From contig JBBSBP010000016.1 in the NCBI GenBank assembly GCA_038251165.1, positions 8,652 through 72,651 of the forward strand: 64,000 nucleotides of DNA, given 5' to 3'. The DNA is from Bacteroidales bacterium (GTDB lineage: Bacteria > Bacteroidota > Bacteroidia > Bacteroidales > Prolixibacteraceae). A model generated the notes under the pieces. The model ran no database searches and was not told the DNA's origin. It was given only the letters and a program-made list of their open reading frames with translations. Both the position numbers and the translations under genes were made by a program. This document shows, in pieces, positions 1-9,264 of this stretch (position 1 is the stretch's first letter; each line of letters opens with the position of its first letter).

Positions 1-461
1 GAGAGTTTGATGGAAAATTAATCTATTTTACAACTATCTCAAATGCATATTATTATGATGACACAAGTTGGAACGGTATTTTTATCAATAACTCTAATGG
101 ATTGGATCAAATTAACTTAATTCGGCAGACACATGCGGATTCAGTTCAGTTGTCGATTTTTATAAACCAATCAAAAATTTCCACAAGACAATTCCCATAT
201 AGTTTTAAGGATGGTGGATATGCAGAGATTCAATTAATAAATTTAAAAAAGTTGTTTGCAATTGTACCAGGTTCATCTGGAGATGACGCTACCTTTATAG
301 GTACAACTTTTAAGTCTCTTACGATTCAGGTTACAACTTTTGTTGATAATATATTGGAAGGAACATTTGAAGGCTCTTTAGAATCACATTCAGGTTCGAC
401 TATAATAGTAAAAAATGGCCGTTTTCGCATTAAATTAAAAGTTCACAATTCTCAAAATTAA
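1..461 (+). CDS. Hypothetical protein, 5' partial (probably a lipoprotein-like beta-rich protein)
   Basis: The frame of ORF 102..461 stays open back to the window start (EFDGKLIYFTTISNAYYYDDTSWNG...). The C-terminus (ILEGTFEGSL...IVKNGRFRIKL) resembles Bacteroidota lipoprotein beta-sandwiches. Confidence 0.55.
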   Translation, partial: EFDGKLIYFTTISNAYYYDDTSWNGIFINNSNGLDQINLIRQTHADSVQLSIFINQSKISTRQFPYSFKDGGYAEIQLINLKKLFAIVPGSSGDDATFIGTTFKSLTIQVTTFVDNILEGTFEGSLESHSGSTIIVKNGRFRIKLKVHNSQN

Positions 462-609
462 CAAATTGCATGCATCAGCAAACCAAGTTAAAATGCTGTA
501 AAGTCAGTATTCAGTCAACGTCTTTTCGCTCAATTTCCAAGTCCTGTCGGACAGAAAATCGCCCATAATCCGCCCTGCATGTAGCGAGACGTTAAAAAAT
601 AAAAAAAAT

Positions 610-1461
610 ATGAAACAACTACTTTTCTTATTATTACTTACAAGCACTCTAATATCATGCAAAAAAGATGATAAGGAGCCAATTGAAGCTGTAAAAGCTT
701 GTTTCGAATTCACTCCAAATGAGATAAATGATGGTGAGGTTCAATTTTCTAACTGTTCTGAAAACGCTACTGATTTTTTTTGGAATTTTGGCGATGGACA
801 AACTTCCAGTGAAAAAGAACCAATGCATCTTTTCGGAGGAAATTTTCCCTACTTTGTTACCTTAATTGCTTCTAATGGAAGCAAAGCAGATACTATTATG
901 AAACGGATATATGATGGAATTATGGTTTACAAGCCCAATATATATATTCATCCATTATATAAATTAGACTTGTGTCTGAAAATTTCATTCCCTCTGGGAG
1001 GTGAAATTACAGAATCGATACCCGAATATATAGAACAGTGGTGTATTAGTGTTGACACAAGTGGAAGGATAGACAACCAATACAACTATCTTTTCTATGA
1101 AAGTACGCAACCCAACATCTTTCAGTATAAATCGGGGTGGTGTATAGCGAAATCCGGCTTAGATTCCTTTTTTGAAAATAATTTGAAACAGTATAATTTT
1201 TCAAATGCAGAAATAAAAGATTTTATCGAATATTGGATACCATTATTAAAAGAAAACAACTACTATTTGATTTATCCACAAACAAATGAAATTATTGATA
1301 AAGTAATTCAATTTGATTTTTCAATTAATCCAGATAATATAAACCGTTTATTTTATGGAATTGTCGGAACAGATGAATATTCTGAGATAGAGGAACCTTT
1401 AATAGTACCCTTCAAAAGAAATGGATTCTATATTATGGAATGGGGAGTATTTAGAAAATAA
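610..1461 (+). CDS. Lipoprotein with PKD domain and uncharacterised C-terminal domain
   Basis: Lipobox LISC; PKD motif FFWNFGDGQTS..P.H; C-terminal conserved pattern KPNIYIHP...YLFYE...FIEYW...EWG. Confidence 0.75.
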   Translation: MKQLLFLLLLTSTLISCKKDDKEPIEAVKACFEFTPNEINDGEVQFSNCSENATDFFWNFGDGQTSSEKEPMHLFGGNFPYFVTLIASNGSKADTIMKRIYDGIMVYKPNIYIHPLYKLDLCLKISFPLGGEITESIPEYIEQWCISVDTSGRIDNQYNYLFYESTQPNIFQYKSGWCIAKSGLDSFFENNLKQYNFSNAEIKDFIEYWIPLLKENNYYLIYPQTNEIIDKVIQFDFSINPDNINRLFYGIVGTDEYSEIEEPLIVPFKRNGFYIMEWGVFRK

Positions 1462-1464
1462 CCA

Positions 1465-1860
1465 ATGCGAAAACTTATTCTTTTAACCGTTGTATTTGCA
1501 TCAGCTATGATGATTGCAAGTTGTGAAAAAAACGATGTTATTCAGGTATCGTCTCTTGAAAAGAGCTGGACTCAATCATATGAAGAAAAAATATCGGAAA
1601 ATATTGAAATATACAGACCCAGCGATTACAAAGATTTCTCACTTAGTAGGTACAGACAAATCTTTAATTTTGATGATAATAATGTGTGTAATTATCTCGT
1701 ATTAGCTGCAAATGATGGCCATTATATGGAAACTGGGAGCTGGGAGTATAATGACAAGACAAATATTATTAAAATATTTAGCTCCAACTTCGAGATGCTT
1801 TATGAATTTGAGGTAGTTGCATTAACTGATAACCTTTTAAAATTGAAAGCAACAAACTAA
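1465..1860 (+). CDS. Lipoprotein, lipocalin-like hypothetical
   Basis: Signal peptide with IASC lipobox; GSWEY motif; starts 3 nt after the previous gene. Confidence 0.65.
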   Translation: MRKLILLTVVFASAMMIASCEKNDVIQVSSLEKSWTQSYEEKISENIEIYRPSDYKDFSLSRYRQIFNFDDNNVCNYLVLAANDGHYMETGSWEYNDKTNIIKIFSSNFEMLYEFEVVALTDNLLKLKATN

Positions 1861-2005
1861 TTTCCGGAGAAATATAAAAAACTAATTTATCATCAAGACA
1901 AAATGAAACTGAGACTATTAAAAGAGTTTGCAAACGAATGACGAAAATGAAGAACGAACCGTTAATAGCAAGTTGCCTGGCCGGGCATCCCGCCTCGTTA
2001 ACTGG

Positions 2006-2023
2006 ATCCGTCAGTTGACGGAT
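2006..2023. repeat. REP-like palindrome ATCCGTCAGTTGACGGAT, copy 1
   Basis: 8-bp perfect inverted arms; identical copy at 8879-8896. Confidence 0.75.
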
Positions 2024-2097
2024 GAAATGCAGCACTTTGCAGAAAATTCATCGGGGAACTCCCTTCCTGTAGAAAACAGAATGTTACAAGCAATAGT

Positions 2098-3042
2098 TTG
2101 AAACAAACACTCCAAATATTGATCAGTCTTTTTTTACTGTCTTCCTGTGCAACGATATTGAATCATAGCACAAAAAAAATGATCATCAAGACAACAACGC
2201 CTGCAAATGTTATTGTGGATAATGACACACTGGCAAATTATCATGACAGGACTATAATAACCGTAAAAAGGCGGCCAGAGAACTTAAAAATAGCAGTATT
2301 CAATGACAGCATTTCAAAAAATATTATTATCAAATCCAAGAATTCTTTTGCTTATTGGCTAAATGCTTATCCGGCATCATTTTGGACAGGTTTTCTGATA
2401 GACAAGAAAAACCCAAAGCGATACACATACCCGTCCAGGATATATGTTGATATGACAGACACAACGAGCGGCTATGTTAATTACGATCCGAGAAGTAAAA
2501 AAGGACAATTTTATTTTCACTTTTCGATTCCGCATATCAACTCCTTCTTGTTAAAACCTGACAATGAAAATGATTACAAGTTTAGTACAGGTTTTTGGGG
2601 TATAACTGCTGGCCTTGATTATTACCATAGTCCAAGCCAATTTATCAATTTATCAGCAAGCGGAGTAACTTCATTCTTTGTACCAGTTCCTGCTGCAGTT
2701 GACATAAGTGGTGAATATGAATTATTGAGTTCACGATATTTAAGTCTTTCGAATAATTATAAAATTAAGCGGTTTTCAATTGGTTATGGACTTTCCTATT
2801 CACGGAATACTTGGGATTTTAGGTATTATGACAGATTTGATCCACCCCCGCCATCTAGAGAACCTGTCAAAAAAAGCAATAATTCATTTGGATTTATTTT
2901 CCCGACCTATTTCCAGTTGGGAGAAAATTTTAATATCGGGATCATTTACCGACCAACATTTCTGAGACCAAAATCAGAAAAGGTATTCAAATATGAACAT
3001 TTAATAAGCATAGATTTTGCATGGAAAATAAGGCTAAAATAA
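2098..3042 (+). CDS. Lipoprotein/outer-membrane hypothetical protein
   Basis: LSSCATI lipobox; alternating aromatic beta-strand C-terminal half ending IDFAWKIRLK. Confidence 0.65.
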   Translation: MKQTLQILISLFLLSSCATILNHSTKKMIIKTTTPANVIVDNDTLANYHDRTIITVKRRPENLKIAVFNDSISKNIIIKSKNSFAYWLNAYPASFWTGFLIDKKNPKRYTYPSRIYVDMTDTTSGYVNYDPRSKKGQFYFHFSIPHINSFLLKPDNENDYKFSTGFWGITAGLDYYHSPSQFINLSASGVTSFFVPVPAAVDISGEYELLSSRYLSLSNNYKIKRFSIGYGLSYSRNTWDFRYYDRFDPPPPSREPVKKSNNSFGFIFPTYFQLGENFNIGIIYRPTFLRPKSEKVFKYEHLISIDFAWKIRLK

Positions 3043-3219
3043 TTACAGATGGTAACAACAAATACGGAATACCAATATTGGGTTATAGAAGTTGCCAAGT
3101 TCTGTACGCGACAAAATCTCTTGTACAATTGTATTCATTTAAGAGCTATTCAAGTGGCATAATAATTGACATAATTTTTCGTTTTACAAACCAAAAACAA
3201 CTTCGTAAATCGTGATTGT

Positions 3220-3835
3220 ATGCCAATTAATAATCCCAAATCCATTCTGATTTTAGTATTTATTCTACTCTAAACTACCGTTTTTTCACAAAAAATAAGC
3301 TTGTTTGGCTCCGTAAAAGACTCTCTTACCGGTGAAAATCTAATTGGGGCAGTTATCATACTCAGGGAAAATAATCAAGGCATAAACACCAATAATTATG
3401 GATTCTATTCTCTGCCTGTCTCTTCCGGAAAACAGACGATCAGCTGCAGCTTCATGGGGTATTCCACCATTACGAAATCCGTAGAAATTAAAAAAAACAC
3501 GAAGCTAAATTTTGCATTGATCCCGAAAGTGAATTCGCTGGATGAAGTTACCATTCAAGGAAGTAAATCAACTCTAAATTCCACTTCAGTAAGTAAAAAT
3601 GTGATTGGGATAAACCGAATTAAATCAATCACAACGATGACTGGAGAGCCGGATGTATTGAAGAGTCTGCAATTGTTGCCGGGCGTGCAAACCGCCGGTG
3701 AAGGATCAACCAATCTGAGTGCCGTGGAGGTTCGTTCGATCAGAATTTAATTATTCTGGATGAGGCTCCGGTTTATAATCCATCGCATGCGTTGGGATTT
3801 TTCTCCACTTTTAATACTGATGCCTTGAATAATGC
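3220..3835 (+). pseudogene. TonB-dependent receptor N-terminal fragment (CarboxypepD_reg-like + plug)
   Basis: ATG at 3220 with signal peptide interrupted by in-frame TAA at 3271. 1-nt frameshift at about 3722 (NLS/RGGSFDQNLIILDEAPVYNPSHALGFFSTFN). The beta-barrel is absent. Confidence 0.8.
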
Positions 3836-4172
3836 CGGCAACAGTCGTGTTTGGCCATATTCAATTTTAAGTGATGAATACCTGAAAGAATATGTCAATG
3901 GATTGGATGTCTGTAAAGGTATAGCTCCTGATTATTGGATGAATGGCTATCCATATGTATCTGATGGCAGGTTAATGGATGATTATTTTATTGAAATGCA
4001 TTCCCTGACCAAAGAAGCTTACGAATATTACAAAGCATTAATTCAACAGTTTAGAACGGATGGTGGTGCTTATTCGCCAAGTCCGGCGTCGCCACCTACC
4101 AACCTCGATAACGGAGCTTTGGGTTTTTTCAGGGCTTCGGCTGTGAACCGGGTTGAATTTAAACGGGAATAA
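3836..4172 (+). pseudogene. C-terminal fragment of a DUF4249-type lipoprotein, fused in frame to the receptor fragment
   Basis: SLTKEAYEYYKAL...SPSPASPPTNLDNGALGFFRASAV is the typical DUF4249 C-terminus; no N-terminus. The junction position is approximate. Confidence 0.65.
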
Positions 4173-4173
4173 A

Positions 4174-4541
4174 TCAAAAATATCCCGGGTTATCAGGCAA
4201 GGTGATTCCCAAACACAGGGTATTCATGAAATGGGTTACATATTGCCAGTGCCGGTCGCCATTGCATATATAAACATTATCAAACTGATTCAGGAAAGCC
4301 CGGATCTCATCTCCTTCGTGTTTAAAATTCAGGTTGGAATAATTATCACTTTTATTGGTACGATCGGGGCCCATTTAAACCGCATCAGTTCTTCGGTTAA
4401 GGCATAGGGAGCAGGTTTATCGTAGTATTCAACATCGCCGGTATGCACCAGAAAATCGGGGAACATGACGGGCATGACCCTGTAAATTTTATGACCGTTT
4501 ACAGGATCGTCCCTGCTCGGATAATCGTGACAAGTTACAAC
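4174..4541 (-). pseudogene. PhoD-like metallophosphatase fragments with internal deletion
   Basis: Minus strand reads VVTCHDYPSRDDPVNGHKIY...PDFLVHTGDVEYYDKP...ELMRFKW, then shifts frame to GPDRTNKSDNYSN..FKHEGDEIRAFL...NGDRHWQY. Confidence 0.65.
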
Positions 4542-5032
4542 GAGATGGCCGGACTTTGCACCGAAGTAATCAGAACATGACGGAGATTATCTTCGGTTAA
4601 AAATTTCTTTTGCTGATCGGATAATTCGCTGGCAGTCGCTCCACTTTCAGAAAACGGTTTCCCATTGTACGTTCCTCCGAAAGGTCCGTTTGAACCCGCC
4701 GGAACAGACTGATGCCCGCTGTATAACATCAGCCCTGCAATTTGCTCCACCGACATCTTTGAAGCCAGGTCTTTGGCCCGTTCATCAACCGGCAGACGCC
4801 AATCCTCATAGGCATCGAGCTTTCCGTTTTTATTCAGGTCTTTAAATGCCAGACGGTCAACAGTCAGAATCTGAACTCCTGAAGTAGCCGAATAGCCAAG
4901 TGACTGACCTGCTTCATTGTGCACCAGTTTATAATCGCCCTTGTCATCTTCGGTCCATTTCGGACTGCACCCGTAAGCTAAAAAAAGGCTTGCCAGGATT
5001 CCAAAGGCTGTGGTTTTTGAGTATAGTTTCAT
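4535..5032 (-). pseudogene. Truncated GH3 beta-glucosidase lipoprotein (N-terminal 165 aa only)
   Basis: Lipobox AYGC; FKDLNKNGKLDAYEDWRLPVDERAKDLASKMSVEQIAGLMLYS is the N-terminus of large Bacteroidota GH3 enzymes; the ORF stops abruptly. Confidence 0.75.
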
Positions 5033-5330
5033 TTATTCTTTAGGTTTATTTGGTTTGAAATTTAATTTGTTTCAGCTAAAAACCGACTCCTCTCAAGACT
5101 TTCAGGAGTATTAAACAGGAACCATCGAAGATATTGAAAATTGTTCATGATCATTCAATTCAAACCCTGAAGCCGGATAAATTGGTCTTCTCCCTTCTTC
5201 CGCCGGCCGGTGGATAGAGAGGAGCAGAACACCGGCGTGTAATGGACTGAGTCAGGGTAGATGAAGTTCAACTATTAATTTCATTTTTATTCTATTCCAG
5301 ACCAAACTTTCCACCAAAAGAAAAACAGGA

Positions 5331-6176
5331 CTATTCAGGCTCCTGCTTTTCCTCCTGAAGTTTAACCGTAATGGGTTTACTCGCTTCTCCGGCATATACA
5401 CTGACATGCGGGAAAGGTATTTCAATTCCTTCACGATCAAATGCTTCCTTTATTTCCATGAGTACACTGTTTCTTACAGCCAGGTAATTTGCCTTTTCGA
5501 ACCAGATTCCAAAAGTAATATCGATGCTGCTTGAACCAAAAGAATGAAATATAATCACCGGTTCGGGCTCTTCCAGGCAAAGCGGATTGTTCCTGGCTAC
5601 CTCCTCGAGAACAGCTTTTACTTTTTTCAAATCTTCCTTATAGGCAACTCCAACCTGGAAATCATACCTCCTGATCGGAAATTTGGTCACATTGATCAGT
5701 TCGGTTGAGATCACCGTTTGATTTGGGATCCGGATCAATAAATTGTCGAATGTTTTAATCTTGATTGAAAGCAAATCAATGGAATAAACCGTTCCTGTTT
5801 TATCGCCGACACGAACGACATCGCCCAGTTCGAAAGACTTTTCGGACACCAGGAACAGCCCGCTGATAATGTTGCCAATGCTCGTTTGAGAGGCCACCCC
5901 GATGACAATACCTACCACTCCGGCAGCTCCAAACAAGGCAGTTAAGTCGTAGTTCAGTTCACGGATCACGATCAGCACCAGCCCTGTATAGCCTGTATAA
6001 ACAATGGTCCGGATGACCAGCATCATCGATTGCCTGGAAAGTTTTTTATGGAGTGAACGATTCACCATAAACGAAATCAAGTGAATTGATCCGACACCAA
6101 CCACCAGGATAAACAGAATCCGGAAAAATTTATCGACCGTTTCGGTATTAAAATAGCCTGAGAGACCTAAATCCAT
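5331..6176 (-). CDS. Small-conductance mechanosensitive channel (MscS family)
   Basis: GAAGVVGIVIGVASQTSIGNIISG, FELGDVVRVG, IRIPN, IEIPFPH motifs. Confidence 0.93.
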   Translation of the reverse strand: MDLGLSGYFNTETVDKFFRILFILVVGVGSIHLISFMVNRSLHKKLSRQSMMLVIRTIVYTGYTGLVLIVIRELNYDLTALFGAAGVVGIVIGVASQTSIGNIISGLFLVSEKSFELGDVVRVGDKTGTVYSIDLLSIKIKTFDNLLIRIPNQTVISTELINVTKFPIRRYDFQVGVAYKEDLKKVKAVLEEVARNNPLCLEEPEPVIIFHSFGSSSIDITFGIWFEKANYLAVRNSVLMEIKEAFDREGIEIPFPHVSVYAGEASKPITVKLQEEKQEPE

Positions 6177-6179
6177 AAC

Positions 6180-6968
6180 TTAGTTTTGATAAATGTTTTT
6201 GATAAAGAAGAAACTTCGGCGTAACAGGTTCCTGGAATCGGAAGATCGTGGTTTGGCCATCTGCACCGGCTTTTCTCCGTGAATTTCCTTCCATATGCTT
6301 AGATTAACACTTCCTGCCTGCTCCTGTCCTTTAAATTCAATCGTAGCATGACTGGTCAGAAGCTGGTTATTCTTCAGGTAAATAATAAAATCCTCCATAC
6401 GCAGAATCAGGCGTTGCAAGTCAAGAACTCCGGCAGTATTGTTAATGATTTCGACGGAAGAAACAGCTTCCCAGGCCATTGCGTTTATTTCAGGAAAAGA
6501 CTTGTCGTAATTGCTTCCGATGGAGTAGGCAGGTTCTCCGTTGTCGATTTCCCCAAACCAGGTGTCAGATAATCGTTGAAGTGGTATTTCCATCAAACGG
6601 GTTTCATCTTTCACTTCCTGAAAATAAAATTGCATGGTTAGCGGGATACGGAAAAACAGCCGGGCCGATTCGCCTGCACTTATTTTGATATTATTATTGT
6701 TTCTGAACACCACGGCCTTGTTGGGTAAAGCAGGAACCAGCAGGATTTCATTCGATTTTCCGGAATAAAAATGAAGGACATCCGAATCATCAGCCAAATC
6801 GGCTATGTCCTCAACCAGTAAATCAACGATGAAATGATCCGTTATCTGACTTTTAACCAACCAGCCATTGTAAAGATGTTTCACGTAAACTTCAGTATAA
6901 CCAGCCTTAAAAAGCCGGGTCTGATTGACCGCAAAAGGGTATTTTTTCCAGAAATTTTTCGGACTCAT
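6180..6968 (-). CDS. DUF432-like hypothetical protein
   Basis: PALPNKAVVFR and LSDTWFGEIDNGEPAY motifs; 3 nt from the mscS-like gene. Confidence 0.6.
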   Translation of the reverse strand: MSPKNFWKKYPFAVNQTRLFKAGYTEVYVKHLYNGWLVKSQITDHFIVDLLVEDIADLADDSDVLHFYSGKSNEILLVPALPNKAVVFRNNNNIKISAGESARLFFRIPLTMQFYFQEVKDETRLMEIPLQRLSDTWFGEIDNGEPAYSIGSNYDKSFPEINAMAWEAVSSVEIINNTAGVLDLQRLILRMEDFIIYLKNNQLLTSHATIEFKGQEQAGSVNLSIWKEIHGEKPVQMAKPRSSDSRNLLRRSFFFIKNIYQN

Positions 6969-7085
6969 TTTTTTAATTCTTATTCAGGATTAAAAGTAAA
7001 ACAATTTTTGAAAGGAAAAGGAAACTGAGTCCCGACAAAAGCAAAAAGTAAATTAAAATCAACACATCTTCATTCCCGGATCATC

Positions 7086-7586
7086 TTACCTGGTTTTAAC
7101 ATCCAGATCGAGTGATCCCGTAATTTTACCGATATCATCCGGATCAATCACTCCCCGAATGCTGATCAGCGTATTATCGTCACCTCCAACCACGAGCAGC
7201 AATTCCGAAAGCTTCCCTTTTTCACCGCTTCTTCCATAAAAGCGAACAACTTCATCTTTTTTGGTCACTTCCATCAAAACCTCGTACTTGTTGTTTTTGA
7301 AAAACCCGTCAGCTTCAAGTTCCTTGAAAAAGTTGATGTTTTTATTCAGCTCCTTGTTTTCAACGGATAAAATACGAATTCCGGATAATTTTTCCAGCAT
7401 TTCGGTTTCATTTTTTTTTGTATCGTCGAGTTTACTGGCAAAACTCAACAACTTTCCGCTGATATTTACAGTCGTAAATCCTTCCTTGTTGGCATACTTA
7501 TTAAACAGTTTGTCAATAGGACTGCTCTCCTGTGCCATAACCAACAACGGGATGAGCAACAACAAAGTCATTAAAATTCGTTTCAT
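7086..7586 (-). CDS. DUF4252 family exported protein
   Basis: Signal peptide; FNKYANKEGFTTVNISGKLL, YEVLMEV, ELLLVVG motifs. Confidence 0.8.
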   Translation of the reverse strand: MKRILMTLLLLIPLLVMAQESSPIDKLFNKYANKEGFTTVNISGKLLSFASKLDDTKKNETEMLEKLSGIRILSVENKELNKNINFFKELEADGFFKNNKYEVLMEVTKKDEVVRFYGRSGEKGKLSELLLVVGGDDNTLISIRGVIDPDDIGKITGSLDLDVKTR

Positions 7587-7588
7587 GG

Positions 7589-8134
7589 CTATTCTTTTTT
7601 TAAATTTTTGTTCAACGTTTCAACTTCTTTCATTTGTTCAAATCCTTCATTCAGCATGCTAATTCCTGAATTTAAAGGATTTCTGGCATTTTCAATCTCC
7701 CTGACTGGTTTCAGTTCGGCCAAACCCTTGTTGTATATGCCGGCTACATATTCAAGGGTTTTGGTGGCTTCTGCATAAGCCAGATCAGGATCGGTAAACG
7801 TGTCATTCCAATGGTTTTGGCTGCTGTAGAAATTAACAGCCAGCATCACCAGAATCACCGATGCTGCCACACCTGTCACAATTTGCCACATCCAGCGGTA
7901 CCTCAGTTTTTCCTTGTGCTCCGATTCCAGAATGTAGTTCATTAAATCGTCGCCCAACTCAGGATTTTCACCGTAAGAAAGTTCTTTCAGGCCTGTAAAA
8001 ATTGAAATGTACGGTTTCAGTTCTTCCATCACTTCGCCCGAGTTAAAATAAGTGACCAGCTCATTTTCCTCGTCAAGCGTAGTTTCGGCTTCAAAGTACT
8101 TTTTAAGCAGTATATGTATTCGTTGTGATTCCAT
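7589..8134 (-). CDS. Putative anti-sigma factor (single TM)
   Basis: LLKKYFEAETTLDEENEL N-terminus, one TM helix, DTFTDPDLAYAE motif; overlaps the ECF sigma gene. Confidence 0.7.
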   Translation of the reverse strand: MESQRIHILLKKYFEAETTLDEENELVTYFNSGEVMEELKPYISIFTGLKELSYGENPELGDDLMNYILESEHKEKLRYRWMWQIVTGVAASVILVMLAVNFYSSQNHWNDTFTDPDLAYAEATKTLEYVAGIYNKGLAELKPVREIENARNPLNSGISMLNEGFEQMKEVETLNKNLKKE

Positions 8135-8633
8135 AGTTTTGAATTTTTAAAATTTCATCCCTTACTTTTTTTCGCGCCCTTGATAAATTGACCCGAATCG
8201 CATTCACATTCATCTGTGTTGTTTCCGCAATTTCTTCATATTCGAGTTGCTCAATGTCGCGTAAATGAATGATGGTTCGCTGTAAATCAGGCAAATCAGC
8301 AATAATCCTTTTGATCAGCCCAACCGAATCGGCTATTTCCAGGTGATTGGAATCCGAACAATCTGCATTCTGCAGTTTGTTTTTTTTGACCAGTTCCATG
8401 GAAACCGTCCGCCGGGACCGGATCACATCCAGACACCTGTTCCGGATCATGCGTATGGCGAATGCTTCAATGTTCTCCACCTTATACAGTTCATCACGTT
8501 TTTGCCAGAGTTTCAGAAATGTATCCTGAAGGACATCTTTCGCCTCTTCTTCATTCTGAAGTATCTGAAGGGCAAACCGCAACAACTTGTTACTGATCGG
8601 AAGTATATCAGTTTTAAAATCCCGGACTAACAT
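8103..8633 (-). CDS. ECF RNA polymerase sigma factor
   Basis: Region 2 (AKDVLQDTFLKLW, IRNRCLD) and region 4 (LEYEEIAE..VNLSRARKK). Confidence 0.92.
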   Translation of the reverse strand: MLVRDFKTDILPISNKLLRFALQILQNEEEAKDVLQDTFLKLWQKRDELYKVENIEAFAIRMIRNRCLDVIRSRRTVSMELVKKNKLQNADCSDSNHLEIADSVGLIKRIIADLPDLQRTIIHLRDIEQLEYEEIAETTQMNVNAIRVNLSRARKKVRDEILKIQNYGITTNTYTA

Positions 8634-8662
8634 TCGAACTTTTTTGTGCTTGTTTCAAAGGT

Positions 8663-8690
8663 AAGACGAAGTGAGTTGAATTTCATTACA
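8663..8690 (-). promoter_or_regulatory. Putative ECF-type promoter TGTAAT-N16-CGTCTT upstream of the sigma gene
   Basis: Minus strand tgtaat gaaattcaactcactt cgtctt lies 30 nt upstream of the start; resembles the AAC/CGT ECF consensus. Confidence 0.5.
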
Positions 8691-8708
8691 TGGTGGAAGA
8701 AAATAATT

Positions 8709-9244
8709 AATCCCATAGGCACATGGGACACAAAGTTTAATTGGTTCTATTATGTATTGTGAGAGTAATGTAACTTATAATTTTATAAGCTATTTCGATT
8801 CCGTCTGAAACAAAGCGCCCACTTTTTTCAACATCATTTTACAGACGGTTTATCCTTTGTCTTAATTGTTCTACAATAATCCGTCAGTTGACGGATCGGT
8901 GCTCAGCACCTTAAAATAGCTGGCATATCTTATCCGTGATTCTTAGCACCATAGGTGCGGAATCTTTGTAGATAAAAATAAAGATGCGAATCCGTCGTCC
9001 GCGCTATTTGATTATTCGAAGCATTGAATTTCCTTCGGACGCAATTGAAATACCAATTTTCAAGGCAAAAACAATCTGCTTTAAACGCATATTCAGTTAT
9101 TGTTTTTTTGTCTGCCTTTTATCAAAAAACGGGATATTTCCTATTTACCCCACGATTCGTCACAAACCGTTTGATTTTTTAACTATTTTAAAACACAACT
9201 TGTTTTGATTTCAAAAACTATGTGTTTTATGTGCCTATGTGGTT
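8709..9244. repeat. Non-coding insert bounded by 30-bp imperfect terminal inverted repeats
   Basis: 8709-8738 aatcccataggcacatgggacacaaagttt versus reverse complement of 9215-9244 aaccacataggcacataaaacacatagttt (24/30 identical). Confidence 0.6.
8879..8896. repeat. REP-like palindrome ATCCGTCAGTTGACGGAT, copy 2
   Basis: Identical to 2006-2023. Confidence 0.75.
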
Positions 9245-9264
9245 TTAATTTAAAGTTTTGATAA

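Noticed and set aside
8984-9208. 74-aa ORF inside the TIR-bounded element as a transposase
   Set aside because: No transposase or other family motifs; composition looks non-coding.
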